64,000 nt of DNA from an uncultured delta proteobacterium (GCA_963806225.1 CAWDXG010000004.1:1792001-1856000); one strand, 5' to 3'. Shown: positions 40,373-50,823, numbered from the stretch's first letter. Notes: generated from the letters alone by a model not told the origin. Made by a program: numbers and translations.

Positions 40373-42772
40373 CTACGCCGGCGCGGGCCAGTCCACGGGG
40401 CGACCGGCGAGCGCGTCGACGGTCAAGACGCGAAAACCCGTGCCGCTCCGCTGGCGGAGCACGAGCTTCCACAGCGGCAGGAAGAGCGGCGTGACGGCGC
40501 CGGGCGTCGCCGCGAAGCGCGCCTTGAAGTGCTTCTTGACGTCCGACGGAGGCCGGCGCTTCTCGTAGTCCTCGGCGTCGATGCCCAGCTCGCCCGGCGC
40601 GACCTCGACGAACGCCGCCGCGCCGTCGAGATCCTGGATGCGGCTGGCGTGCGTCGCGGGGCGATCGACGAACGCGACGCCGTCCCGCGGGGAGAACACG
40701 AGCAGCGCCAGGGTGTGCGGATGGATGTACACGCTCCCCAGCCGTTCGTCGTGGCTCGGCCCCACCAGGCGACCGAGCAGCGGGCGCTCCACCTTTTCAC
40801 TGAAGTCGAGCTTGTAGACGAGGCGATGCACCAGGTCGGCGCGTTCGAACACCTCGTCTTCGCCGATCAGACCGAGCAAGCGCGATCGCGCGGCGTCCAT
40901 CGCGATGCGCTCGGCCGCCGCGCGATCGATCGCGGGCACCGCTGCCAAGAGCTTGCCGCGGATACCGAGATCCGGACGCGCTCCGCTCGACAGGGCAAAG
41001 TAGCGCAGAGCGCGCCCCTCCTTGAACTGATCCGCGAGCCCGGCATCGACCAGCTCCCTGAGCAGGGCGCGCGCCTTCTTCTGCCCCACACCGGCCGCCG
41101 TAGCGAAGTCGGCCGGGCTCATCGAGCGGCGGCGGGCAAGCACGCGCTCCAGGCGCGCGAGCTCCGCGGCGTGGGGATCGACCGGCGGCGGCGGCGCTAC
41201 AACGGGCGGCGCAACGGGCGGCGCAGCATACTGCGGCGGCTGGACCGGCGGCGGCGCGGGCATGGCTTCCGTGGGAGCAGGCGCGGCGATCCGCGGATCG
41301 TCGAGCGTCGGCGGCACGGGCGTGTCGATCGGCTCGCGCCCGTGGGCGGCTGCGAGCGGGTCGGGCGCGGGCGGCGCGGGTGTGGGCGGGTCGGGCGCGG
41401 GCGGCGCGGGTGCGGGCGGCGCAGCCGCGGGCGCCGCTCCAACGCTGCCGCGCTCGAGCCCGGCGAAGCGCTCCCGCCATCTTCCATCCGCAGTCCGCTC
41501 GATGCGCTCGTCGTCCCAGGTCTCGTGCGCGCCGAGCAGCCAGCGCGATCGCAGCTCCTGCGCCGCCGCGAAGTGATCGGGCGAGAGCAGCACGAACTCG
41601 CCGGGACGCAGGGCGGGCAGCTTCTGCATGATCGCGTCGCACGCCACGGGGTCGAGCGCCTTGACGGTGGGCTCGATCTTCTTGAGATCCTGCCGCGTGG
41701 TCAGCCTGCCGAGCGCCCACGAGCCGAACTGCGCCATGGCCTTGTAGTCAACGTCGCCGGGGTTCTGTGTCGCCATCAGGCAGCACACGCCGTACTTGCG
41801 CGCCTGCTTGAACAAAAGCTGCAGCCCATCCTTGCAGGCCGGCTTCCTCACCGGCGGCACGAAGGGCGACACCTCGTCGATGTAGAACAGCGCCTGCGGC
41901 TCCGGGCTCGGGTGCGCGAGCATCCAGCTGTAGAGGCGGTCGGCAATGGCAGCGACGAAAAAGTCCTTGTCGTCCTGGTTGTGGAGCGTGTTCAGGTAGA
42001 TGACCGCGATGCGCGTACGCCCCGGGGGCGTGGCCGCCGCTCCCCCGCCGCGCCCGAGCAGCACGTCGATGTCGACGGGGATGCCGTTGTGCAGCAGGAG
42101 CTTCCGTGCTCCCACGTCCAGCCGCGCCAGCCGCTGGCACGCGGCGCGGATCTTCTTCGGGTCGAGGTAGCGGGACAGCGCAGCGTAGCCCTGGCTCTCC
42201 AGGCCATCGAGGTGGGCCGAGAGCGACGCCAGGCTCGGCGCATCACCTGCGTCGAGCAGCTGGCCGAGCGCTGCGTCGAACACCGCCGCGAGTCCGGCAC
42301 CGTCGTCGCTGTCGGCCTCGTAGCCGAGTAGCGAGACAATCATGGCTGCGGTGCGGCTCGACGCGGAAAGCCGCTCGGCTCCTTGGAGGACGGCGAGGCC
42401 CGCGTCCACCGGATCGGCACAGAGCGGCACGCCCTTCCGCGAGCCGGGCGTGAAGATGACCACGTCGGCCCGCTCGCGGAATTCGGCGGCCAGCGCGGGG
42501 TCGATGCCGTGCTCCTGTAGCGCAGCGGGATCGGCCGAGCCCTCGGCGAGGCTGCACAGATCGCCCTGCGGATCGATACAGATGACGGGCAGCCCGCTCC
42601 GGACCGCTTCCTCCACCACGACCTTGCACAGCACCGTCTTGCCCGACCCGCTCGAACCGAGCGCCATCACGTGGCGGAGCAGCGCGCGTGCCGGGAGCTC
42701 GACGGGCTCTGTGGGCGAGGCGCGATCGCTGCCGAGCCAGAGAGCCACGTCCCTCCTGTCGTCGACATCCAT
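40373..42772 (-). CDS. HerA/FtsK-like ATPase with Pro linker and extra C-terminal domains
   Basis: GSSGSGKT, IDPQGD, FYIDE, ARKYGV, ATQ. Confidence 0.85.
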   Translation of the reverse strand: MDVDDRRDVALWLGSDRASPTEPVELPARALLRHVMALGSSGSGKTVLCKVVVEEAVRSGLPVICIDPQGDLCSLAEGSADPAALQEHGIDPALAAEFRERADVVIFTPGSRKGVPLCADPVDAGLAVLQGAERLSASSRTAAMIVSLLGYEADSDDGAGLAAVFDAALGQLLDAGDAPSLASLSAHLDGLESQGYAALSRYLDPKKIRAACQRLARLDVGARKLLLHNGIPVDIDVLLGRGGGAAATPPGRTRIAVIYLNTLHNQDDKDFFVAAIADRLYSWMLAHPSPEPQALFYIDEVSPFVPPVRKPACKDGLQLLFKQARKYGVCCLMATQNPGDVDYKAMAQFGSWALGRLTTRQDLKKIEPTVKALDPVACDAIMQKLPALRPGEFVLLSPDHFAAAQELRSRWLLGAHETWDDERIERTADGRWRERFAGLERGSVGAAPAAAPPAPAPPAPDPPTPAPPAPDPLAAAHGREPIDTPVPPTLDDPRIAAPAPTEAMPAPPPVQPPQYAAPPVAPPVVAPPPPVDPHAAELARLERVLARRRSMSPADFATAAGVGQKKARALLRELVDAGLADQFKEGRALRYFALSSGARPDLGIRGKLLAAVPAIDRAAAERIAMDAARSRLLGLIGEDEVFERADLVHRLVYKLDFSEKVERPLLGRLVGPSHDERLGSVYIHPHTLALLVFSPRDGVAFVDRPATHASRIQDLDGAAAFVEVAPGELGIDAEDYEKRRPPSDVKKHFKARFAATPGAVTPLFLPLWKLVLRQRSGTGFRVLTVDALAGRPVDWPAPA

Positions 42773-42826
42773 GGGGCGGCCGAGGCTAGCTCATGAACGC
42801 GCGGGCGTCGCGCCCGCTTCCCGCGC

Positions 42827-43849
42827 TCAGTCGGGCGTGAGGATGATCTTGCCGAGATTCCTGCCGTACTCGAGCTCGCCGTGCGCGTCGGCGGCGCGCG
42901 AAAACGGGAAGCTGCCGCCGACATGCGGCTTGATGCTGCCGGCTTCGTACAGCTCCACCAGGCGCTTGAGCTGGCTGGTGATGAGATCCGTCTCGTCCCA
43001 CAGGTGACCCATGTTCACGCCCGACACGGTGCGGTTGGCGTCCATGAGCTTCATGGGGTTGAAGCGCGGCACCCGCGCGATCTGTCCGAGCACATGCAAG
43101 AGCTTGCGCTTGCCGCCCGTGTTCACGTTCGCCAGTCCGAACGCGATCAGCATGCCCGCCGGAGCGAGCAGCGAGTAGCCCTTCTTCCAGTCCGCTCCAC
43201 CGAGCGCATCGAGCACGAGATCGACGCCACGCCCGTCCGTGAGTCGCTTGACCTCCTCCACGTAGTCGAGACTCCGGTAGTCGATCGGATGGTCGCAGCC
43301 GTGCTCGCGCGTGTAGTCGTGCTTCTTCGCCGATGCCGTCCCGTAGGTCACGACGCCTTCCACGGTGCGGCACAGCTGGAGCACCGCGGTGCCGACGCCA
43401 CCCGCCGCCATGTGCACCAGCACGTGCTCGCCGCCGCGGATACGCGCGACCTGGAACAGCATGTGGTGCGCCGTCAGATACGTCACCGGCATGGCCGCCG
43501 CGTCGTCGAAGCTCATCGCGTCGGGGATCGGGATCGCCTGGGCCGCAGGCACGGTCACCACGTCGGAATGCCCGCCGAAACGCGACATGAACAGCACGCG
43601 CGTGCCGACCGCCGGCTCGCTCACGCCTTCGCCCAGCGCGTCGACCACACCCGATCCCTCGTAGCCCACCACGCAGGGAGGCTTCGGTGCGTCCGGATAC
43701 AGGCCCTGCCGCGCCGTCACCTCGGCGAAGTTCAGCCCGACGGCTCGCGTGCGGACTCTGACCTCGCCCGGCGCGGGCTCGGGATCCGGCGTTTCCCTCA
43801 CCTCGAGCACGCCGGGGCCGCCATGGCGCGTTATCCAGATGGCTCGCAT
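42827..43849 (-). CDS. Medium-chain dehydrogenase/reductase (VAT-1 / quinone reductase-like)
   Basis: GLNFAE, GYEGSG, HMAAGGVG, NLGKIIL. Confidence 0.9.
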   Translation of the reverse strand: MRAIWITRHGGPGVLEVRETPDPEPAPGEVRVRTRAVGLNFAEVTARQGLYPDAPKPPCVVGYEGSGVVDALGEGVSEPAVGTRVLFMSRFGGHSDVVTVPAAQAIPIPDAMSFDDAAAMPVTYLTAHHMLFQVARIRGGEHVLVHMAAGGVGTAVLQLCRTVEGVVTYGTASAKKHDYTREHGCDHPIDYRSLDYVEEVKRLTDGRGVDLVLDALGGADWKKGYSLLAPAGMLIAFGLANVNTGGKRKLLHVLGQIARVPRFNPMKLMDANRTVSGVNMGHLWDETDLITSQLKRLVELYEAGSIKPHVGGSFPFSRAADAHGELEYGRNLGKIILTPD

Positions 43850-43979
43850 GGCCCGATTGCTGGGGCCGCCGGGGCCCGAGCGCAAGGGGCGGCAGCGCGA
43901 GCAGCTGGAAAAAACGAGTCCCCCGCCACGCGACCGGCGCCCCCGCTGGACATCACCAGCCGGGGACGCCTGCGCCGTT

Positions 43980-44954
43980 CTACTCGCAACTCAGACTGCT
44001 GCAGACGCCCGAGCAGCAGCTCGCGCCGGCGGTGCACACGCCGCCCTTCTTCACGCACGACAGGTAGGCACACTTGCCTCCCAGGCAGCTCCTGGAGCAG
44101 CAGTCGGCGTCTGCCGAGCAGCTGTTGCCGGTGGCCTTGCAGGCCGCGATGCAGCTGCCAGTGCAGTTGCCCGAGCAGCACGCGCTGCTCGATGTGCAGG
44201 CCTTGCCGTTGGCGGTGCAAGCCGCCTGTCCGAGCTGGCACTTGCCGCTGACGCAGTTGGATCCCGGACAGCACGGCGGCAGCCCAGTGCCGCACTTGTT
44301 CGATGAAGTCAGGACCGCCACAGTGCACGTCTTGCACAGGCCCGAGCTGCAGTACGACCCGGAGCAACAGTCGCCGGGGAGCTTGCAGTTGGAGCCGGCA
44401 GGACCGCAGCCGCACTTGCCGTTCGCGCAGACGAGGGTGCAGCACTGGGCCGGACCCGAGCACGAGGCCTTGGCGGCCGAGCAGGTGCCCTGGGCACAGG
44501 TGTCCCCGAGGCACTCTGCCGACTTGTCGCAGCACGACCCGCCGCTGCATCCGGTCTTGCCGAACTGGGTGCAAGCCGGCGTGCCGCCGCTACCGCCGGA
44601 GCCCGCCGTGCCGCCGGAGCCCGCCGTGCCGCCGGAGCCCGCCGTGCCGCCGGAGCCCGCCGTGCCGCCGGAACCCGCCGTGCCGCCGGAACCCGCCGTG
44701 CCGCCGGAACCCGACGTGCCGCCGGAACCCGACGTGCCGCCAGAACCCGAGGTGGCGCCCGAGCCGCCACTGCCGGACGAACCCGATGTGCCGCCGGAAC
44801 CCGACGTGCCCGCCGAGCCGCCGGAGGCTCCCCCGCTCCCCGCGGCACCGGCCTTGCCCCCTGAACCGCCGACGTTCGTGCTGGACGAACAACCCACCGC
44901 GACCGACAGAGCAATCGACGCCACTAGACCCACACTGCGAGCACGCACCTGCAT
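43980..44954 (-). CDS. Lipoprotein with GSGGTA linker and seven C-C-CC-C-C repeats
   Basis: Lipobox AVGC; seven 6-Cys units such as CTANGKACTSSSACCSGNCTGSC. Confidence 0.85.
   Translation of the reverse strand: MQVRARSVGLVASIALSVAVGCSSSTNVGGSGGKAGAAGSGGASGGSAGTSGSGGTSGSSGSGGSGATSGSGGTSGSGGTSGSGGTAGSGGTAGSGGTAGSGGTAGSGGTAGSGGTAGSGGSGGTPACTQFGKTGCSGGSCCDKSAECLGDTCAQGTCSAAKASCSGPAQCCTLVCANGKCGCGPAGSNCKLPGDCCSGSYCSSGLCKTCTVAVLTSSNKCGTGLPPCCPGSNCVSGKCQLGQAACTANGKACTSSSACCSGNCTGSCIAACKATGNSCSADADCCSRSCLGGKCAYLSCVKKGGVCTAGASCCSGVCSSLSCE
44593..44760 (-). repeat. ~9 x 18-bp coding tandem repeat (GSGGT[A/S])
   Basis: ccgccggagcccgccgtg units, contiguous, no spacers. Confidence 0.92.
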
Positions 44955-45150
44955 TCCACCACTCCCGCTATTGCCGCACAGCGCGGCTACCACCCGGAAC
45001 GCATGCTAGCCCACAGGAGCGAGCGCCGTCTAGTCGCGGCTGCTTCGGCGCGGCGCAAGGTGGAAAGTCCGCTCGGTTTCCCCGCGCGCGCCACCCGCCC
45101 CCGACGGGGAATCGGGGACAGGTGACTAGAGCCCGAGCTTGTGGCGGAGC

Positions 45151-45399
45151 TCAGTGCCGGGAGGTCTCGACGACGTCATCGTGGTCGACCTTCCGCTCGT
45201 GGGCGGTGTCGAGCTTTTCCCGGATGTCGCCGAGAGCGCGGGCCGTGGTCCCGAGGGTGCGCTGGCTCGTCTGGAGCAGGAGCTGCGCCACGCCGAGGCC
45301 GTAACGCGCCCAGTCGCTGCCGACGCTGAAAAGCGCCTCGACGAGATCGCCGGGCTCGGGTTGGCTGGGATCGGTGTGGGGGCTCTGGGTATTGGACAT
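45151..45399 (-). CDS. Small helical hypothetical protein
   Basis: Strong AAGGAGGAG RBS before ATG; 82 aa. Confidence 0.7.
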   Translation of the reverse strand: MSNTQSPHTDPSQPEPGDLVEALFSVGSDWARYGLGVAQLLLQTSQRTLGTTARALGDIREKLDTAHERKVDHDDVVETSRH

Positions 45400-45460
45400 G
45401 GATCTCCTCCTTGGCGGGACGGGTCCCGCGTCAGACTGCTTGTGTTGGAGCGCCTGGATT

Positions 45461-45949
45461 TCAGCGTTCGGCGGGCTTTTCCGGTTGGCAACCGCTGCAC
45501 ACGAACACGGCGGGCCCCGGCTTGCTCGCGATGGCCAGCAGGCCGTCCTCGCCCGCGCGGAGCTCGGTGCCGCACTTGGCGCAGTGTCCGTCGACGGCCA
45601 TCCGCACCTTCTGGTAGGCGACCACGTCCGCCAGCGGGTCGAGCCGCTCCACGCGAGCCCGGATGCGCTCGCGTTCGTCTCGCATCGAGCGAGCTGCCCG
45701 CTGCAGGCGATCCTCGACGTGACCCCCGGCGCGGTCGGCGATGTCGACGGCGTCCTCGAGGATGGTGCGGACCAGGTTCGAGACCGGGATGCGCAGCGCG
45801 GCAGCCACCGACTTCAGCTCCGCTTCCAGCACGGCCGGGATGCGCGTGTGCAGCACGCGCTCCTTCTTCTCGCTGGAGCGCGAGCTGCTGCCGTCGACCT
45901 CTGCCTCGACCCGATCGTTGTCGTCGCTCTGTGTCACGCCGTGATACAT
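45461..45949 (-). CDS. Ribbon-helix-helix-like protein with C-terminal CxxC...CxxC
   Basis: RVLHTRIPAVLEAELKSVAAALRIPVSNLVRTIL; CAKC and CSGC; start could be GTG 45937. Confidence 0.7.
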   Translation of the reverse strand: MYHGVTQSDDNDRVEAEVDGSSSRSSEKKERVLHTRIPAVLEAELKSVAAALRIPVSNLVRTILEDAVDIADRAGGHVEDRLQRAARSMRDERERIRARVERLDPLADVVAYQKVRMAVDGHCAKCGTELRAGEDGLLAIASKPGPAVFVCSGCQPEKPAER

Positions 45950-45988
45950 GTATCACGAAGCATCGGCTGTCAACGTCGTTTGTATCAC
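45940..45988. promoter_or_regulatory. 18-bp perfect palindrome plus extra half-site, probable operator
   Basis: CGTGATACATGTATCACG (45940-45957); TGTATCAC again at 45981-45988. Confidence 0.65.
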
Positions 45989-45998
45989 AAAGTGATCT

Positions 45999-48762
45999 CT
46001 AGGAAGTAATATCCTGTAATTGCTTGGTTTTTACATTTCTCTTCTTGTCGTAACTGGACTGATTCCGTAATTGCTTCCCGAGCTGCCCGAGCAAAAGCGG
46101 CGCGACGCTGCCGACGGCAACGACGATCCAGCCGACCACGCCGGGGTCGGAGGTGCCGAGCACGCGCGACAGCAGCGGCACGTACACTGCCGCCAGCAGC
46201 AGCACGGTGCACAGCAAAAGCGCGCCCCACACCCACAGGTTCCGCGTCACCTCGTTGACGAACAGGCCGGCGCGCGGTGCGCGCACATTGAAAACGTGCG
46301 CGAGCTGGCCGAAGCCCAAGGTGAGGAACGAGACCGTCACGCCTCGCTGCTCCGGCATGCCGAGAACGTGGAGGGCGACGGCAAGCGCGCCGAGCACCGC
46401 CGCCGTGATGATCACGCCGTAGGCCCAGATGAGCGTCCAGTGCCTCCGCTCCAAAAGCCGCTCGGCAAAGTCGGCGGGAGGACGCCGCATCACGTCGCCC
46501 TCCCCTTCCCCCGCGCCCAGTGCGAGCGCCGGAAACACGTCCGTCACCAGGTTCAAGAACAGGATCTGCAGCGGCAGGATCGGCAGCGGCAGCGACAGCA
46601 GCGGCGCGGCGCCCACTGCGAACAGTTCGCTCACGTTGCACGACAGCAGATACACGACGAAGTTGCGGATGTTGCCGAAGATGATGCGGCCCTCGCGGAT
46701 TGCGACGGCGACCGTGTCGAGCTCATCGTCCTCGAGCACCATGTCCGCCGCTTCGCGCGCCACCTGGGTACCGCGCCGGCCCATGGCAACGCCGATGTCG
46801 GCCTTGCGGAGCGCGGGGGCGTCGTTCACGCCGTCGCCGATCATCGCGACGATGTCGCCGGCTTCCTGGTGTAGCTCGATCACGTCCAGCTTCTGCCGCG
46901 GACTGGTCCGCGCCAGCACCACGGCGCGGCGCACACGTTCGCGATCCGCCTCGCTGCCAAGAAGCAACATCTGGATCTCCCGGCCGTCGAGTGGCGGTGC
47001 AAGACTGCCGTCGAGTCCCACGGCGACGGCGACGCTGGCCGCCGTCGCAGCCTGGTCGCCCGTCACCATCACCACGCTCACGCCGGCCTGGTGGCAGGCT
47101 TCGATCGCCGCGCGCACCGGCTCGCGCGGCGGATCCAGCATGCCCACGAGCCCGAGCCAGGTGAGCCCGGCGTAGGGAGGCTCCGCAGAGCTCGATGCGG
47201 ACTTCTCCGCCAACGCCAGCAGCCTGAGGCCCCTCGACGCGAACCGTTGATCATCGGCACGCAGGCGCCTCTGGTCCTTGTCGCCGAGCTCGCGGTCGCC
47301 GTCATGGCTACGGATGCGCGTGCAGGCGTCCAGCACGGCCTCCGGCGCGCCCTTGACCGCAACGCGCATGCGGTCTTCATCCTGATGGAAGGTCGCCATC
47401 ATCCGCGTCTCGGGGTCGAAGGCTTCTTCGCGGATCTCGGGCAACCGTTCTTCGATTTCCGCGATCGAACAGGCCAGCCTTGGCCGCGGCTGCCAGGAGC
47501 GCCACTTCGATAGGCTCGCCGATGGCCTCGGCAGGCTCGCCCTCCGCGGCAACGTGCAGCTCGGCGTTGTTGCACAGCGCACCGACCCTCAAGAGATCCA
47601 TCAAGCGCGGGTCGGAAGCGGGGTCGATTCGCGCGCCGCGTTCGTCGACGAAGCTCCCGTGCGCCGAAAGCGGATCGCCCGAAAGGTTGATCTCCCGCTC
47701 GTGCAGCACGATGACGGCCACGCTCAGTCGGTTCTCGGTGAGCGTGCCGGTCTTGTCGGTGAGGATCACGCCCGTAGAGCCGAGCGTCTCCACCGCCGAC
47801 AGGCGCTTCACGAGCGCGTGCTCGCGCGCCATCCGCCACATGCCGCGCGCCAGCGCGAGCGTGGCCACGATGGGCAGCCCCTCGGGGACGGTGGCGACCG
47901 CCAGCGCGATCGCCGTCTCGACGATCAGCACCACCCGTTGACCTGCCAGGATCCCCGTCACCGCGACGAGCAGCGCAATCGCGAGCATTAGCCACACCAG
48001 CCGGCGGCCCAGCCCGGCGAGCCTTTTCTCGAGCGGGGTCGTCTCGTCCCCGGCTTCCGACACCAGCGCCGAGATGCGGCCGAGCTCGGTCTGCATTCCG
48101 GTCGCCACCACCACGCCTTCGGCCGAACCGCGCGTGACCGCCGTGCCCTTGAAGAGCATGTTCTTCCGCTCCGCGAGCAGCGCGTGCTCGTCGACCACCT
48201 GAACGTGCTTGCCGACGGGGAGCGATTCGCCGGTGAGCGCTGACTCGTCGGCCTGCAGGCGATTGGCTTCGACGAGCCGCACGTCGCTGGTCACGACGTC
48301 GCCGCCCTCGAACACCACGATGTCGCCCACCACCAGATCCGCGGCCGGTACCAGATCCATCTCTCCGTCGCGACGGACCCGCGCCTGGACCTGTCCCAGG
48401 CGTCCCAGCGCCTCCATCGAGCGCACCGCGCGGAGCTCCATGACGAATCCGATCGCGGCGTTGATCACGATCACCGCCACGATGGCGACGCCCTCGACCA
48501 CGCGCGCGACGGCGAACGACACCGCGGCGGCCACGACCAGGAGCAGGACGATGACGCTCCAGAGCTGCGCGACGAGGATCGCCCAGGCGCTGCGCGGGCG
48601 GGTCTCGCGCAGCCGGTTCGGGCCGAAGCGGGCGCGACGCCGGTGGACCTCGGCACGCGAGAGTCCCGTGTCGACGGAAACGCCGAGCTCGTCGAGCAGT
48701 TCGTCTGCCGACCGCGCCCAGGCTTCGGCCGGCTCTTTCGGTTTCGCGCGAGGGGGCCCCAT
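45999..48762 (-). CDS. Cation-transporting P-type ATPase (Ca2+/type II-like; frameshift near 47465)
   Basis: LTGES, PEGL, DKTGTLT, KGAPE, TGD, GDGVNDAP, NLVTD across two frames. Confidence 0.92.
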
Positions 48763-48834
48763 CACCGCTCCCGCACCAACATGCGGTCGCGGCGCCGGTC
48801 GCGCCATTGTCGTGCGCTGCCCGGAAATGACGAA

Positions 48835-48868
48835 AGCCGGCTCCGGGGCATATCGCCCTGGGCCGGCT
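48835..48868 (-). terminator. GC-rich hairpin after the methyltransferase
   Basis: AGCCGGCTCCGGGGC...GCCCTGGGCCGGCT; short T run on the minus strand. Confidence 0.45.
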
Positions 48869-48904
48869 CCGTCACGCGCGGTTCGACCCCGCGCGGCGCG
48901 CGGG

Positions 48905-50083
48905 CTACTCCGCCGCGCTCAGTGCGTCGCTCGCGGGAGCAAGGTCCGCGGTGCGGTCACCCAGCACGACGGACTTGTTCGTGACCCAGCGCGTGCGGTC
49001 GTAGTGGTCGAGGTTCTTGTTGAGCACGACCTGGAAACACGATGCGTTGCCCTGCTCGGCGATGATCGTCGACCAGGCCAGGAACATGTGCCAGATGCGG
49101 AACCAGCGCTCGCCGTAGGTCTTGACGACCTCGTCCTTGTTGCTGAGCCAGTTGTCGTGCCACTTCTTGATCGTCCACGCGTAGTGGATGCTCACGTTCT
49201 CGACGCTGTGCGTCTCCCAGCCCGCCTTCTCCATCGCCTTGAGCATCCCTGCAGGGGGCAGGCTCGCGTCGGCGCCGGGGAAGATGTACTTGTTCATGAA
49301 CAGGCCCCAGATGAGGTCCTCGGGGCGCAGGCCACGGCGGAGGCCGGTCCACTGCAGGAGGAAGAGGCCCTCGTCGGAGAGCAGGTCGCGTACCTGCTCG
49401 TAGAAGGAGACGAGGTTCTTCACGCCTACGTGCTCGACCATCTCCAGGCTGGAGATCTTGTCGAAAGTCTGGTTTTCGGGGATGTCGCGGTAGTCCTTGC
49501 ACAGGATGCGCGCGCGATCCTCGAGGCCCCACTCCTTGATGCGGCCGTTGCCGAACTCGGTCTGGCGCTCGGCGATGGTCACGCCGGTAGCGTCGACGCC
49601 GTAGTACTTCGCCGCGTGGCGGGTGAGCGTGCCCCAGCCGCAGCCGATGTCGAGCAGGCGCTCGCCCGGCTTGAGCTGCAGCTTCTTGCAGACCAGGTTC
49701 ATCTTGTGGTCCTGCCCCTGCTCGAGCGTCTCGTTCGGGTTCTCGAAGAACCCGGACGTGTAGACCATGCGCTCGCCGAGGAACCAGCCGAAGAAGTCGT
49801 TGCCACGGTCGTAGTGCTCGCGGACGATGCGCTCGTCCTGGCTCTTCGAGTGGATGGCGACCTCCGGAACGAAGTTCGTCACCGCCCACTTGAGGTGCTG
49901 CGGCGTAAGCGTGTACTTGACGAACAGGTTGCGGTTGCGGAGGAAGGCGTAGATGTCGCCCGGAATGTCGATGTCGCCGTCGAAGTACGCCTCGTACAGC
50001 GTGGACATCGGAATGCGCTTGGACGCGTAGCGCTGGGCGAGCTTCTTGTCGTTGAAGACGACGTAGTCGGTGAGCTTGTTCAT
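48905..50083 (-). CDS. CFA-synthase-family SAM methyltransferase, sphingolipid C9-methyltransferase-like
   Basis: HYDRGNDFFGWFLG, MVYTSG, LDIGCGWG, EMVEHVG, EDLIWGLFMNKYIFPGAD; AAGGAAGG upstream of ATG 50083. Confidence 0.88.
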   Translation of the reverse strand: MNKLTDYVVFNDKKLAQRYASKRIPMSTLYEAYFDGDIDIPGDIYAFLRNRNLFVKYTLTPQHLKWAVTNFVPEVAIHSKSQDERIVREHYDRGNDFFGWFLGERMVYTSGFFENPNETLEQGQDHKMNLVCKKLQLKPGERLLDIGCGWGTLTRHAAKYYGVDATGVTIAERQTEFGNGRIKEWGLEDRARILCKDYRDIPENQTFDKISSLEMVEHVGVKNLVSFYEQVRDLLSDEGLFLLQWTGLRRGLRPEDLIWGLFMNKYIFPGADASLPPAGMLKAMEKAGWETHSVENVSIHYAWTIKKWHDNWLSNKDEVVKTYGERWFRIWHMFLAWSTIIAEQGNASCFQVVLNKNLDHYDRTRWVTNKSVVLGDRTADLAPASDALSAAE

Positions 50084-50270
50084 GCTGGGGGCGCCTTCCT
50101 TGGCGTTACTGGGCCGTGCGGCCGGTACAGGGGGCCCAGAGACGACCACTTGTCTCCCCGCGAGGCAAGCCCGATTTGTCGCAGAAGGTGTGTGGATCCA
50201 GGACACCGCACCGCGTAACGGAGTTCGCGCCGACACGGGTGAGACGCAAATCCGCAGAGAGAAAAGGGGA

Positions 50271-50777
50271 TCAGCTGGCCGGGGCCGAGAGCCGCCCGTC
50301 GGCGACGAGTCGCGCGAGATCCAGCGTTGTCACCAGCCCGACCAGCCGCCGCTCAGCCACGACGAGCACGCGGTGGACCGAGTGCTCGACCATCTGCCGG
50401 GCGGCCTCGGCGAGCGGGGCGTCGGGAGCGACCGAAATGACGTGGTCGGTCATGGCGTCGCGCACGCGCTCGCTCTGGAGGCGCTCCGCGACGCCGTGCG
50501 CCTCGCGCTCGGCCTCGTCCGGCAGCTCTTCGCCGGGCACCGGCCCGCCGATACCGGTGAAGTCGCGATAGAAGTCGAGCGCTGTCTCGGCCAGCACGCG
50601 CCCCACGCTGATCTGTTTGACGACATCAGAACGGGTGACCACACCGCACAGTCGGCCATGCTCGACCACCGGCGCACCGCTGATGCCCTCCTCCGTCAGG
50701 AATCGTTCGAGCTCGGCCAGGCTCATGTCCGGCTGCACCGTCCGGAGCCGCGTTGTCATCACATCACGTACGCGCAT
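50271..50777 (-). CDS. CBS-domain pair protein
   Basis: MRVRDVMT...ISGAPVV...GVVTRSD; VRDAMT...LVGLVTTLD. Confidence 0.9.
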   Translation of the reverse strand: MRVRDVMTTRLRTVQPDMSLAELERFLTEEGISGAPVVEHGRLCGVVTRSDVVKQISVGRVLAETALDFYRDFTGIGGPVPGEELPDEAEREAHGVAERLQSERVRDAMTDHVISVAPDAPLAEAARQMVEHSVHRVLVVAERRLVGLVTTLDLARLVADGRLSAPAS

Positions 50778-50823
50778 GGGTAGAGTGGTAACCACCCTCC
50801 GCGTGTCGCGACAGCCGCGCTGC

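Noticed and set aside
44593..44760. 18-bp repeats as a CRISPR array (also the 30-bp repeats near 20800 and 27550)
   Set aside because: Contiguous in-frame coding repeats without unique spacers; no cas genes.
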